From Patescibacteria group bacterium (GTDB lineage: Bacteria; Patescibacteriota; UBA1384; JBBRAU01), in the NCBI GenBank assembly GCA_038206475.1, contig JBBRAU010000001.1, positions 3,317 through 67,316 of the forward strand: 64,000 nt of DNA, in the 5' to 3' direction. Of this stretch, positions 37,909 to 48,572 are shown piece by piece; positions within the stretch are counted from its first letter, which is position 1; the number at the start of each line of letters is the position of its first letter. The notes below the pieces were generated by a model. That model had not been told where the DNA came from and ran no database searches. It saw nothing but the letters and a program-made list of their open reading frames with translations. The translations under genes and the position numbers were made by a program.

Positions 37909-39099
37909 TTAGCGCCAGCGCAGAGTCAGAATATCACGGTGGACAAATTGGTCATCCCGTCCGTACATAAACTGATTTACTATAAAGTAGCCCAATGGCT
38001 TTAAATCGTCAAGCAGTAATTCAGCAATGCCGCCGTACCGCCAACATGGCAAAGCAATCACGACGCAGCCGCCAGGCCTAATCATTTTGGCGAGGCTGGC
38101 AAAAAACTGTTGGTAAAGCGGCAGCAGCTGTTGCTGCAGCGCCTGTGTTTGCGGCCGGCTCAGTGGCGCATGCAGCGCCGGGCCAAGATAGCCTTCGGTC
38201 ACGACCACTGCCGGTCGAGATGCCTGCAAGCTCGGCTGATTGTCTAGGACAGTAGCATTGCCCAGCTCAATCTGAACGTCGGGTAAATTCGATTGCTGCC
38301 GCTTTAGCCAAGCCATATTTTTTTCGGAGAGCGCCACCTGGGCCGGGTCACTGTCCAAACCGATTGCCGGAAGCCCAAGCAGCAGCGCTTCCATGAGTAC
38401 CGTGCCCGTACCGCAAAATGGGTCCAGTACCCGCGGCTTGGGCGAGCTTAGTGGCTCGGGCAATGCAATATTCAGCATCATGCGGGCCAATTTAGGTGGC
38501 AACATGCCCTTTTTAGCGTCACGGCCAACTTTGCCAACGTCACGTTCGGCCCAGTCGTCCACTTCTTGTATCTGCGTGGTTTGGCCAAGAAACAGCTGGT
38601 TGCCGGCCAAGAAGAGCAAAAACTCCACATTACCCTCAATGAGCTGATGCTTAGCCACTGCTTTGGCTGACAGCTCCTCCCGACCTTCCGGCAGCACAAA
38701 ACGCAAGCTCTGTGCCTCAGGCTGATCGTGCTTGTAGAGGCGCTTGACCGCCTTGGCCAAATTAAGCAGACGCGCTGGCGACCAGCCGGCACCGACCACA
38801 GAGAAACCAACCGACAGCTTACTGCCCGTTGTCTGTTTACCGAGCTCACTTGCGAGCAGGCGGGCAAGTGCCCCTTCGTCAAGACGGCCACCGCGGGCTT
38901 CAAGAACCGTGAGCAATTTGGCCTGGCGAACACTGCCGCCAAGCTCGGAGAACAGCCCAGGCGTCAACGGCTCCTCAAGCAGCAGCATCCTGGGGGCAAC
39001 ACGGCGAACGGGAGTTCTTCGGCGATGCCGGCCCAACACGGCAGCAACCTCTGCCGCTGCTAGCTCCGGAGTTCGACCAAGCTCGATGAGCGTTTGCAT
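37909..39099 (-). CDS. Trm11/THUMP-like SAM-dependent RNA methyltransferase
   Basis: GMLPPKLARMM, LDPFCGTGT, TEGYLG. Confidence 0.85.
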   Translation of the reverse strand: MQTLIELGRTPELAAAEVAAVLGRHRRRTPVRRVAPRMLLLEEPLTPGLFSELGGSVRQAKLLTVLEARGGRLDEGALARLLASELGKQTTGSKLSVGFSVVGAGWSPARLLNLAKAVKRLYKHDQPEAQSLRFVLPEGREELSAKAVAKHQLIEGNVEFLLFLAGNQLFLGQTTQIQEVDDWAERDVGKVGRDAKKGMLPPKLARMMLNIALPEPLSSPKPRVLDPFCGTGTVLMEALLLGLPAIGLDSDPAQVALSEKNMAWLKRQQSNLPDVQIELGNATVLDNQPSLQASRPAVVVTEGYLGPALHAPLSRPQTQALQQQLLPLYQQFFASLAKMIRPGGCVVIALPCWRYGGIAELLLDDLKPLGYFIVNQFMYGRDDQFVHRDILTLRWR

Positions 39100-39146
39100 G
39101 GCCTGAGCGTAGCAGGGAAGCTGGAGGGGGCCAAATCGGCGGCCCG

Positions 39147-39584
39147 CTAGCCTTCAATCAGAAGAATGTCTAACTCGCTCACGCGGCGAAAGTCGCGGTC
39201 AGCGGTGACAAAGCCGGTGGCGCCTTGCTCTACAAGGGAGGCCAGGATAAGGCCGTCAACGACTTTCAGTCGGTTGCTTGCGGTGATCCGCGCCGCCAGT
39301 CGGGCCGTGGAGAGGCTGATTGGCGCAAACAAAAAGCGGCCATTGGCCAGCGCTATTTCGTATTGGCCAACCACGTCGGGCCGGTTATCTTGCGCTGGTT
39401 TCAAGGTCAACTCCGCCACTGAAACAACGGACAAATAGAGCAGCGTTTGATGATGGTCGAGCGCCTGTAAGAGTTGTGCCACCTGTCTCTTGTAGCTTGC
39501 CAGCTGCTCGACCAGCGCAATCAGAATATTGGTGTCGAGGCCAACCTTCTTGTGCTGGCCCAGAAATTGCTCAACTGCGGTCAC
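39147..39584 (-). CDS. PIN-domain (VapC-like) toxin
   Basis: LDTNILI, VAEL, VDGLI, VTADRDF. Confidence 0.9.
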   Translation of the reverse strand: MTAVEQFLGQHKKVGLDTNILIALVEQLASYKRQVAQLLQALDHHQTLLYLSVVSVAELTLKPAQDNRPDVVGQYEIALANGRFLFAPISLSTARLAARITASNRLKVVDGLILASLVEQGATGFVTADRDFRRVSELDILLIEG

Positions 39585-39825
39585 GGCGCAATCCCCGAAC
39601 GTAGCGAACCGGATCGACTTTCTTCCACAACTCGGGGTGCGGATCGTCTAAATCGGCCAGCCACTCCTGCCAACTAGGCTTTTTAGTTGAAACTTTGCGC
39701 ACCAATAGTGCTTCAGCTCCCCACGGTAGCCACTCGATTTGACTCCCCTCATGCAATTGGTACTGCTCCCGCAGCTCTTGCGGAATAACCGTCTGGCCCT
39801 TGCTGCTTATTTTTGTCTTACTCAT
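39571..39825 (-). CDS. AbrB/MazE-type antitoxin
   Basis: ISSKGQTVIPQELRE; overlaps the PIN gene. Confidence 0.9.
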   Translation of the reverse strand: MSKTKISSKGQTVIPQELREQYQLHEGSQIEWLPWGAEALLVRKVSTKKPSWQEWLADLDDPHPELWKKVDPVRYVRGLRRDRS

Positions 39826-39913
39826 GTCTTACTCCAATCTTACTATGATTATCTGACGCTTTGGCACTTCTGTCAATACTGACAGTTTGGCCGCTTTGAC
39901 GTATACTTTGGAC

Positions 39914-42900
39914 ATGCCAGAGTTTGTTCATCTGCACGTCCATTCGCAGTATTCGCTGCTTGATGGCATGGGTAAAATCCCTGATTTAATTGGCCGGGCC
40001 AAAGAGTTAAACATGCCGGCAATCGCTCTGACTGACCACGGGGTGATGCACGGCTCAATTGAGTTCTACAAAGCGGCCAAAAAGGCGGGCATTAAGCCGA
40101 TTGTCGGCTGTGAAATTTACATCTCTCCGCGCAAGATGACGGACAAAGAGGGCAAAGTGGACCAAAAAGCCTTCCACTTAACGCTCCTCGCCAAAAACGC
40201 CGTCGGCTACAAAAACTTAATTGCTCTCACCTCGGCCGGTCACACGCTTGGCTACTACTACAAACCGCGCGTGGACAAAGCGTTCTTGCGCCAGCATGCG
40301 GAGGGCTTAATTTGCTTAACCGGCTGCTTGGCGGCCGAGATTCCGCGGGCAATCATCGCCGGCGATGAGGCCAAAGTAGATGCCCTGGTTAAAGAGTACT
40401 TTGCCATTTTTGGCAAAGACAACGTCTACTTTGAAATTCAGGACCACCCTAACATTGAAGAGTGCCAAAAAATTGTCGAGGTGGTGCCACAGCTCGCCAA
40501 AAAGTACGGCCGGCCGGTTGTTGCCACCAACGATGTTCACTACGTGCGGGCTGAGGATGCAGAGGCACAAGATGTGCTGGTCTGTATTTCGACCGGCAAG
40601 CAATTGGCCGATACGAATCGCATGAGCTACATCGGCACTGATTACTCGCTGCGCACGGCAGAGGACATCGCCGCGGCCTTCAAGCAGGTACCAGAGTCCC
40701 TGGAGACAACGCTACACATTGCCGAGCAATGCAACTTGGAGCTGGAGCTTGGCAACACCATTTTGCCGCACTTCCCCGTGCCGGAGGGCGAAACGCAGGA
40801 CTCGTGGTTTGAAACGCAGTGCTGGCAGGGTTTGATGGCCAGGTACGGCGAGCAAGTGCCAGAAGGGCACAAAGAACGCCTCAAGTACGAGTTGGGCGTT
40901 ATTCGCCAGATGGGCTACGCCGCCTACTTTCTGATTGTCCAAGACTTTGTGCTCTGGGCCAAGAGCCGCAACATTGCCGTCGGTCCCGGTCGCGGTTCAG
41001 CCGCTGGCTCAATTGCCGCCTACTGCCTGCAAATAACCGATTTAGACCCGATGGAACACCGCCTGCTGTTTGAGCGCTTCCTGAACCCTGAGCGCGTCAG
41101 CATGCCGGATATTGATATGGATTTTGAGGACACCCGGCGAGGAGAAGTGATTGGCTATGTAACGCAAAAATACGGGCCCGACCATGTCTCGCAAATCTGC
41201 ACCTTTGGTACAATGGCAGCTAAAAACGCCGTACGCGACGTGGGACGCGTACTTGGTATTCCCTACGGCGACGTCGACACCATCGCTAAGCTCATTCCAG
41301 AAAAAATGAACTTGAAACAGGCCCGTTCGGCCACGCCAGAGCTGGAGATGTTGATTAAAACCGATCCTAGAATTAGCCAACTCTACGGCTTTGCCGAGAA
41401 GCTCGAAGGCAACGCCCGCCACACCGGCATGCATGCGGCCGGTATTGTGATCTCACGCGAACCGCTGACGGAATACTTGCCGGTCATGGCCGCAACCAAA
41501 GGTGAGGCTGAGCTGGTGACGCAGTACGCCATGGGCGAAATTGAGGACATTGGCCTCCTCAAGATGGACTTTTTGGGTCTGGCCAACCTATCGATCATCC
41601 AAAATGCAGTGCGCTTAATTGAAGAGACGCACGGCAAAAAGATTGATATCGCCAACGTGCCACTTGACGATAAAGAAACCTACAAACTGCTGTCGCGGGC
41701 TGAGACGATGGGCGTGTTTCAAATTGAGTGTTTAGCCGGTGATACCATCGTCTCCAACACAACCATCAAGAAACTGCACGAGAAGCAGCATAAAAAAACG
41801 TTGGAATCGGTGTATGTAGACGAGGGTGCGGTGCACCACAATCGGATTCTGGGCGTCGTGAAAAGCGGCAAAAAACCGGTATATACCGTGATTGCCGAAA
41901 ATGGCTGGTGTATTAAAGCAAGCGCCAAGCATAAGTTTCTGACCGACCAGGGCTGGCAAGAGCTGCAAGCCATTCGGCCGGGCGACAAGGTTCTTATGAA
42001 AAACAAGGCGAAACATGTGGTGTTTAATGAGTGTCGGAGTTGCGGCCAGCAAATCAGCGGTCAAAAGGAAGGTCAGAGCCGCTACTGCTACACTTGCTCG
42101 GCCCGTCACTACAGCAACCCCAGCAAACCGATCTCCCGGGCAAAAATTACTGCTGCCCGCTTGGCCTACTACGCGGATGGTCATGAGCCTTGGAATAAAG
42201 GCAAGGATGTCCACTCTGATGAGCGCGTTCGAGCAACCGGCCAGAAAATTAGCCGAGCCTTGACTGGCCTGACTTTAGAAATGAAATTTGGACCGGAAGA
42301 AGCGGCGAGAAAAAGGCACGAGCAGAGCATGCGGATGTCTGGCCGAGGTAACCACATGTTTGGCGTGAAGCCACCGCATCGCAAAGGCGGCTATCGGGCC
42401 GATTTGGGGCACTACGTACGCTCAAATTGGGAAGCAGACTTTGCCCGTATCCTTAATCTTCACCACATTCCCTACCTGTATGAACCCCACACCTTTCCGG
42501 TTGAACTGCCAGACGGCCAAGTTGCCAACTACACCCCCGACTTTTATGTGCCCTCCGAAGAGACCTACTACGAAATTAAAGGTTTTATGCGCGACATTGA
42601 CCAGGCGAAAATGGATGCCTTTGAAACCCAGTACCCGCATAAAAAATTGGTTTTAATTAATACCACTACCTTTGCTGAGTTTGCGATGACCTACCGCTCG
42701 CTGGTGGCTTGGGAGTGCCCAAAGATTCCTGAGCAACAGTTTGCTTTTCAGACCGTGCAAGCAATTCGCCCGGCCGGCATTGAGGAAACCTACGACATCA
42801 GTATGGAGGCACCAGGCAATAATTTTGTGGCCAACGGTTTTGTCGTCCATAATTCTGCCGGCATGCGGCGTTACTTAGCAGAGCTCAAGCCCACCAAGTT

Positions 42901-44584
42901 TACCGATATTGTGGCCATGGTGGCGCTCTACCGTCCGGGGCCGATGGAACGTATTCCAACGTACATCAACAGAAAGCACGGCCGCGAGACGGTCACGTAT
43001 TTGCACCCGGATTTGAAAGATATTTTGGAGGATACCTACGGCGTCTTAGTTTACCAAGAACAGGTGCAGGAGATGGCCCAAAAGTTTGCCGGCTTTTCAC
43101 TGGGCGAGGGCTACCTACTGGTCAAAGCGGTCGCCAAAAAAAAGAAAGAGCTGCTGGACGAGCAGCGCATTAAATTCATAGAGGGGGCCAAAAAAATTGG
43201 CAACTCCGAGCAGATGGCGGGACAGCTGTTTGACTTCATCGAGCCGTTTGCCCGCTACGGTTTTAACCGGGCCCACTCGGCCTGCTACGCCTACATTGCT
43301 TACCAAACAGCCTACCTGAAGGCGCACTATCCGGCGGAGTTTATGGCTGCCTGGCTGATTGCCGAGCAACAAAACATCGAAAAGATGACCGTAGCACTTG
43401 AGGAGTGCGAGCGGATGAAATTGCCGATGCTGCCACCGGACATTAACCGCTCCCGCGTTGATTTTGCCGTTGTCCGGGACAAAGCAGCTGAAGGCCGCGA
43501 AGAGATCTTGTTTGGCCTCTCGGCAATCAAGAATGTCGGTATCTCGCCGGCGACAGCCATTGTCGCCGAGCGTGAACAACATGGGCCGTTTGATTCACTA
43601 ACCGACTTATTGCGCCGGCTAGGCACGAAACACCTCAACAAAAAGGTACTAGAAGCTCTGGCACAAGTCGGGGCGCTTGACCGCTTCGGTGAACGCAACG
43701 TCCTAGTCCTGGGGGTTGAGGAGATGACGATCTACATGCATAACGCCGAGAAACAACTTAGCGCCAACATGGACAGCCTGTTCGGTGAGGCGATTGCCGT
43801 CGAGGAGCCAGAGCTCTATCTGCCGCCGCAGCCGCCAGCGGATATTACGGTCCAGTTAGGTTGGGAGAAGGGCTTACTCGGCATTTATCTGTCAGAACAC
43901 CCGGCGACCAGCGTTGCTAAACGGCTGGGCTCGACTATTCAGACTATCGGCCAATTCAGTCTGCGTGACCGTGACAAAATGGTTCGCTTGGCCGGCGTAG
44001 TCGGCAGCGTCAAAAAAATCATCACTAAATCTAATCAAGCCATGGCTTTTGCCAGGTTAGAGGACGCCAGCGGCAACATTGAGGCCGTCGTTTTTCCAAG
44101 CGTGCTCGAGACGACTCATGACTTTTGGCAAACCGAGCGGCTGCTGATTGTGACTGGCCGCTTAAACGACAAAGACGGCTCGCTGAAGCTATTGGTTGAG
44201 TCCGTCATTCCTTATACCGATGAGCTTGACCCGACCAATTTGCCGGAAGTGTCGCAAACGTCGGTCCGACGTCCCCGGCCGAGCGGCCAACCAGACGCAG
44301 TTATGAACCAGGCAGCCGTATCAGCGAGCTCACCCGTCGATGTGAGTCTGCCACCAAGTATCAGTGCGGTGCGACTACAAATGAACGGCAATTTGAGTCG
44401 TCCGCTTTTAGAAGAACTGCGGGGCATTTTAAGCAGCCACAGCGGCAGTGTGCCGATTGTGCTGGCTATCTTGAAGAACAATCAAGAGAAACAGTACCGA
44501 TTGCCAGCCGGCGTTAGCCCAAGTCCACTTTTGAAACGGCAGCTCAGCCGATTGCTTGGCGAGGAAGCGATTGTCCTGCAGTAG
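39914..44584 (+). CDS. dnaE: DNA polymerase III alpha subunit containing an intein
   Basis: PHP HLHVHSQYSLLDG, GRGSAAGS, PDIDMDF, YGFNRAHS. Confidence 0.98.
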   Translation: MPEFVHLHVHSQYSLLDGMGKIPDLIGRAKELNMPAIALTDHGVMHGSIEFYKAAKKAGIKPIVGCEIYISPRKMTDKEGKVDQKAFHLTLLAKNAVGYKNLIALTSAGHTLGYYYKPRVDKAFLRQHAEGLICLTGCLAAEIPRAIIAGDEAKVDALVKEYFAIFGKDNVYFEIQDHPNIEECQKIVEVVPQLAKKYGRPVVATNDVHYVRAEDAEAQDVLVCISTGKQLADTNRMSYIGTDYSLRTAEDIAAAFKQVPESLETTLHIAEQCNLELELGNTILPHFPVPEGETQDSWFETQCWQGLMARYGEQVPEGHKERLKYELGVIRQMGYAAYFLIVQDFVLWAKSRNIAVGPGRGSAAGSIAAYCLQITDLDPMEHRLLFERFLNPERVSMPDIDMDFEDTRRGEVIGYVTQKYGPDHVSQICTFGTMAAKNAVRDVGRVLGIPYGDVDTIAKLIPEKMNLKQARSATPELEMLIKTDPRISQLYGFAEKLEGNARHTGMHAAGIVISREPLTEYLPVMAATKGEAELVTQYAMGEIEDIGLLKMDFLGLANLSIIQNAVRLIEETHGKKIDIANVPLDDKETYKLLSRAETMGVFQIECLAGDTIVSNTTIKKLHEKQHKKTLESVYVDEGAVHHNRILGVVKSGKKPVYTVIAENGWCIKASAKHKFLTDQGWQELQAIRPGDKVLMKNKAKHVVFNECRSCGQQISGQKEGQSRYCYTCSARHYSNPSKPISRAKITAARLAYYADGHEPWNKGKDVHSDERVRATGQKISRALTGLTLEMKFGPEEAARKRHEQSMRMSGRGNHMFGVKPPHRKGGYRADLGHYVRSNWEADFARILNLHHIPYLYEPHTFPVELPDGQVANYTPDFYVPSEETYYEIKGFMRDIDQAKMDAFETQYPHKKLVLINTTTFAEFAMTYRSLVAWECPKIPEQQFAFQTVQAIRPAGIEETYDISMEAPGNNFVANGFVVHNSAGMRRYLAELKPTKFTDIVAMVALYRPGPMERIPTYINRKHGRETVTYLHPDLKDILEDTYGVLVYQEQVQEMAQKFAGFSLGEGYLLVKAVAKKKKELLDEQRIKFIEGAKKIGNSEQMAGQLFDFIEPFARYGFNRAHSACYAYIAYQTAYLKAHYPAEFMAAWLIAEQQNIEKMTVALEECERMKLPMLPPDINRSRVDFAVVRDKAAEGREEILFGLSAIKNVGISPATAIVAEREQHGPFDSLTDLLRRLGTKHLNKKVLEALAQVGALDRFGERNVLVLGVEEMTIYMHNAEKQLSANMDSLFGEAIAVEEPELYLPPQPPADITVQLGWEKGLLGIYLSEHPATSVAKRLGSTIQTIGQFSLRDRDKMVRLAGVVGSVKKIITKSNQAMAFARLEDASGNIEAVVFPSVLETTHDFWQTERLLIVTGRLNDKDGSLKLLVESVIPYTDELDPTNLPEVSQTSVRRPRPSGQPDAVMNQAAVSASSPVDVSLPPSISAVRLQMNGNLSRPLLEELRGILSSHSGSVPIVLAILKNNQEKQYRLPAGVSPSPLLKRQLSRLLGEEAIVLQ
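41729..42853 (+). mobile_element. Intein (375 aa) with an internal PD-(D/E)xK nuclease and Zn/NUMOD-like modules
   Basis: GVFQIE|CLAGDT ... HKFLT ... TYDISM..NNFVANGFVVHN|SAGM; YTPDFYV..YEIKG. Confidence 0.93.
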
Positions 44585-44667
44585 CACAGCCCGGCCTCTT
44601 GTCAAGGCCATGGATAAGCGTACGATTAACGTATTCATAAGCCATTATTGGGGGAAGAGGAGGCGTC

Positions 44668-44880
44668 GTGGGAAAAATGAGTACGCTCGGCTGGATCGCC
44701 TTGATCCTGGTCGTGGTTGGTGGGTTGAACTGGGGCCTGGTAGCCATCAACTCAAGCTACAATGTAGTTGACTCCATTTTTGGGGTTGGCTCTAGCCTGG
44801 CCCGGATTGTTTATGGCCTGGTCGGCCTGTCCGCACTGTACATGCTTTGGATGGCCGTCTCCGGCAAGTCCAACTCGTAA
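44668..44880 (+). CDS. DUF378 membrane protein
   Basis: LVVVGGLNWGL...YGLVGLSALY. Confidence 0.9.
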   Translation: MGKMSTLGWIALILVVVGGLNWGLVAINSSYNVVDSIFGVGSSLARIVYGLVGLSALYMLWMAVSGKSNS

Positions 44881-44925
44881 CTGAGGGCAACAAAAAAAGC
44901 GAGCTCCGGCCCGCTTTTTTTGTGT

Positions 44926-46146
44926 TTAGCACGCCAACAGAGCCAGCTGCCTAACCTCAGCCGAAACGTCTTGGCCTTGCAGGGCCAGATCGATCAAATG
45001 AGCGGTTTGGCGGAACTCGGCCTCTGTAAAGCCGCGAGTTGTCATGGCCGGTGTACCGAGACGAATACCAGACGGATTAAACGGTGTGCCGGTGTCGTAC
45101 GGGATCATATTTTTATTGCAGATGATGCCGGCGGCCTCAAGGCGTAGCGCAGCCTCTTTGCCGGAAATCTGATGATCGGTTAGGTCGACCAGTAGCAAGT
45201 GGTTGTCGGTGCCGCCGGAGACGAGACGGTAGCCGAGCGTTATTAGCTCGTCGGCCAAGGCTTGGGCGTTGCGCACGATCTGAGTAGTGTAGGCATTGAA
45301 GGCTGGCTGCGCGGCCTCGTGCAATGCCACGGCCATGGCGGCGATGGTGTTCTCATGGGGGCCGCCCTGAAGGCCCGGGAAGACGGCTTTATCAATGACT
45401 GCGCTCAGAGAGATCTTGCAAAGAATGATCGCGCCACGGGGCCCACGGAGGCTTTTATGGGTGGTTGTAGTGACCACATCAGCCATTGGCAATGGACTTG
45501 GGTGTACGCCGCCAACGATCAGGCCAGCGATATGCGAAATATCAGCCATATGGTAAGCGCCGACCGCTTCGGCAACCTGCTGAATGCGGCTAAAATCAAT
45601 CGTTCGCGGGTAGGCGGTGGCACCGGACACAATCAGTTTTGGCTTATGCTCCTGTGCCAGCTTTTCCAGCTCGTCGTAATCAATCTGCTCGGTCTCTTTA
45701 CTCACCCCGTAGTGAACAAAGTTGTACGCTTTGCCGGGAAAACTGACCGATGCGCCGTGGGTTAAATGCCCGCCGTGCGCCAAGTTCATGGCTAAAACAG
45801 TGTCACCAAACTCCAGCAGAGCACTGTAGACGGCCAAATTGGCCGGCGAACCGGAATACGGCTGGACATTAGCATGCTCGGCGTGGAACAGCGCTTTGGC
45901 CCGCTCAATTGCCAGTTGCTCAACTTGGTCTATGGTCGTGTTGCCGGCATAGTAGCGCTTGCCCGGATAACCCTCAGCGTATTTGTTCGTCAGCGCCGAG
46001 GACAAGGCCGCCCGCACAGCCGGAGAAGCGACGTTCTCCGATGGAATTAAATTAATGGTGTCGGCCTGGTACTGCGTTTCAACGACCAGCAATTTGCCAA
46101 GCTCTGGATCAATTTGAGATATTAAATTTTTAGGCACTGTTTCCAT
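44926..46146 (-). CDS. glyA: Serine hydroxymethyltransferase
   Basis: LIPSEN, NKYAEGYPG, TTTHKSLRGPRG. Confidence 0.98.
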   Translation of the reverse strand: METVPKNLISQIDPELGKLLVVETQYQADTINLIPSENVASPAVRAALSSALTNKYAEGYPGKRYYAGNTTIDQVEQLAIERAKALFHAEHANVQPYSGSPANLAVYSALLEFGDTVLAMNLAHGGHLTHGASVSFPGKAYNFVHYGVSKETEQIDYDELEKLAQEHKPKLIVSGATAYPRTIDFSRIQQVAEAVGAYHMADISHIAGLIVGGVHPSPLPMADVVTTTTHKSLRGPRGAIILCKISLSAVIDKAVFPGLQGGPHENTIAAMAVALHEAAQPAFNAYTTQIVRNAQALADELITLGYRLVSGGTDNHLLLVDLTDHQISGKEAALRLEAAGIICNKNMIPYDTGTPFNPSGIRLGTPAMTTRGFTEAEFRQTAHLIDLALQGQDVSAEVRQLALLAC

Positions 46147-46584
46147 TTAGGCTCCTGTTGTGCCAAAACCACCACGGCTTGGCTGCTCAATGTTGGCCAC
46201 TTCTCGCCAAGCCACCCGCGGCAGCGCTACCAAAAAGCCTTGCGCAAGGCGCTGACCGCGCTTTACCTGCACCGGCTTGTTAGTGGTATTGCGAAATCGC
46301 AAATGAATTTCATCGCCGACGCCGGCAAAATCTGGGTCAATCAAACCGAAACTATGCGGCATTGCCAGGCCGAGTTTTGGCGTACTGCTGCGTGGTGCAA
46401 TAACCAGGCCGTAGCCCGTTGGCGTTTGGATAATCAGGTTTGACGGCAGATCGACCAACTCATCCGGCGCGATGCAAGTGGTTTTGCGGGTATACAAATC
46501 AAAACCGACTGCCCCCGCTGTGTGGTAGGCCGGCAGCGGCAAATCAGGCTCAATGCGTTTAATAGTGACGCTCAGAGGATCCAC
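46147..46584 (-). CDS. dut: dUTPase
   Basis: GAVGFDL, PRSS, GLIDPDF, RGGFGTTG; GTG start inferred. Confidence 0.92.
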   Translation of the reverse strand: MDPLSVTIKRIEPDLPLPAYHTAGAVGFDLYTRKTTCIAPDELVDLPSNLIIQTPTGYGLVIAPRSSTPKLGLAMPHSFGLIDPDFAGVGDEIHLRFRNTTNKPVQVKRGQRLAQGFLVALPRVAWREVANIEQPSRGGFGTTGA

Positions 46585-46619
46585 CCCTCGACGGTAGCAG
46601 AAAACTGGCCGCTCGGCGC

Positions 46620-48533
46620 CTACTGGGCCGGTGGTTGATCGGCTGGCTGGTCGGCCGGGACATCGGTTTTGGTGCCAACCAGGAACTTGGCTGGCCAAGG
46701 CTTGTAGTGACTACTGAAAACCTGGCGGTTAATTTCCTTGCCGTCGCGGCGAACAATGTAAGTGGCCGTCGTAGTCGCACCCGGATGAGCGTGATCGGTC
46801 TGCTTGGTTACGCCAACCGGCAGAGTGTCGGTATCGGTGTAGATTGAGTCAGGCGGCGGTGCTGTCGACAGAGTGGATGGGCCGACAATTTGGCTCTGGC
46901 GGCCATCTTTAGTGCCGTAAATTTCAAAGCTGACGTTGTTGCCGCTAACGTAGCCTTGAACCAAAATAGCGCCCGGTGAATCATTCTTGAACTTAAAGTC
47001 TGGCTTCGGGCTGTAGACCGTGGCGTCCAGACCAGGGCCGACCCCGACCTCGTAGTAGGGCACGCGGTAGGAGTGGTTGGTGCGAGCCGTAATCGGCAAA
47101 CCGGCGTTCATGGCCGCCCGGAAAAGCGTGGTCGACACCTGGCAGAGACCGCCACCAAACTCGGGGATGGTGGCATTTTCTTTAATCACCAACTCAGGCA
47201 GGTAGCCGGTAGAGCCGTCGATATTGCCGAGCAGTTTGATGGTCGAAAATTCCTCACCCGGCTTGATGACAATGCCCGTCAAAAAGGAGACCCCGGTTTT
47301 AATGTTGTGGATGCGGTTTTGCGGGCTACCGACAAAACTGGTTGTGGCTGTGCCAATCAGCTCTTTGATGCCTAAGTTGGCGACACCGGCAGCCGAAATA
47401 TCTGAGTCTACCTTTTTGCTGGCTAAGGTCAGGCTCGTGACCGACGCCTGGCCGGAGGCGCGAGCCAACAGCTCTTTACTGACCTGGTCAGCAGCTGCGG
47501 AGCGGTCAGTGACAACGCCAGCCTTGCTGTCAGACAGCACCGAAACTTGGCCGTTATCAATTTTGAGGCGGGCGCCTATGGCCTCGACGTCGTAACTGGT
47601 GGCCAAGTCGTCAATTAAACCGTGCAACTTATCTTGGTCAACGGCCGGATTGAGCTGGCCACGCTCAATCTGAGCGGAGATGAGCGGCTCTAGTTGGCTT
47701 GGCTTTAAGGTAGTCGCACCGCCGGGGAAAACCAGTTTCAAGGGGGCTTTGAGCATCAGGGTGGCGGACGTCACGGCTGCCTGCCCCTGGTCGGCAATTT
47801 CGGTCGGCTTGACTGTCATTGGCTCAACTTTGACTTGGGCCATCGAAAAAGCCAGGAAGCGCTGTTTAATAACCGCGGCTAGGGCGGCTTGGTCTATCCG
47901 TTGGCCTTCTTTGCCCGGCACAAAACTAACTGTGCCGCCGTTGGCGGTCAAGGTTGGTTGTTGCTCCGGCTGGTCAACTTCTTTGGCCGCATCAGACACC
48001 CAGGTAGTTAAGCGGTCTTCGTTCAAGGTGGCAACGGGCGATACACTTTGGCTGACAAACAGGCTGCTGATTAGCGGCCAAACGCCTGTTAGACCAGAGC
48101 CTTTGTGGCCGTAGGCCAAAAGTTTGTCGGCCGTGGCGAGCGCATCAAGACTAAAGCCGAGTTCATCAGACGACAGCGTCTTGTCTTTGATGGCGACGGC
48201 AACCGCCAGCTTCTTCGTCTTGGCCTGTTCGGTCAGCTGCTGCATTTTGGCCACAACCTCTGGTTTGGCCAGGTTGGCAAAGGAGGTGCTGCCAATACGT
48301 ACCCCAGGCAGTACACGGTTAGCCATGGCAATGGCGTAGACATCAAGCAACATAACAATAGCCAACGCTGCTAGCACGCCAATCAAAACGAGGCGGGCGC
48401 GCCGTTTGCGGCGGCCACGCTCTGGCTTTGTCTGGATTGACTCGCCGGTGGTTTGGTCGACCGGATCAGCGCCAATTTGAATGTTTTTTGCCTCGTCTTT
48501 GGCGCCTACCGCGTTGATCGCGTTTTTCTTCAC
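46620..48533 (-). CDS. VanW family protein with PG-binding repeats and a G5-like end
   Basis: N-terminal TM; NRIHNI, GGGLCQVSTTLF, DATVY. Confidence 0.92.
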   Translation of the reverse strand: MKKNAINAVGAKDEAKNIQIGADPVDQTTGESIQTKPERGRRKRRARLVLIGVLAALAIVMLLDVYAIAMANRVLPGVRIGSTSFANLAKPEVVAKMQQLTEQAKTKKLAVAVAIKDKTLSSDELGFSLDALATADKLLAYGHKGSGLTGVWPLISSLFVSQSVSPVATLNEDRLTTWVSDAAKEVDQPEQQPTLTANGGTVSFVPGKEGQRIDQAALAAVIKQRFLAFSMAQVKVEPMTVKPTEIADQGQAAVTSATLMLKAPLKLVFPGGATTLKPSQLEPLISAQIERGQLNPAVDQDKLHGLIDDLATSYDVEAIGARLKIDNGQVSVLSDSKAGVVTDRSAAADQVSKELLARASGQASVTSLTLASKKVDSDISAAGVANLGIKELIGTATTSFVGSPQNRIHNIKTGVSFLTGIVIKPGEEFSTIKLLGNIDGSTGYLPELVIKENATIPEFGGGLCQVSTTLFRAAMNAGLPITARTNHSYRVPYYEVGVGPGLDATVYSPKPDFKFKNDSPGAILVQGYVSGNNVSFEIYGTKDGRQSQIVGPSTLSTAPPPDSIYTDTDTLPVGVTKQTDHAHPGATTTATYIVRRDGKEINRQVFSSHYKPWPAKFLVGTKTDVPADQPADQPPAQ

Positions 48534-48572
48534 ATTTTTAGGGTATCAGAACTCAATCCGGCTGCAGAGAGG

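Noticed and set aside
39147-39825. AbrB-PIN pair as a novel system
   Set aside because: It is an ordinary VapBC-type toxin-antitoxin module.
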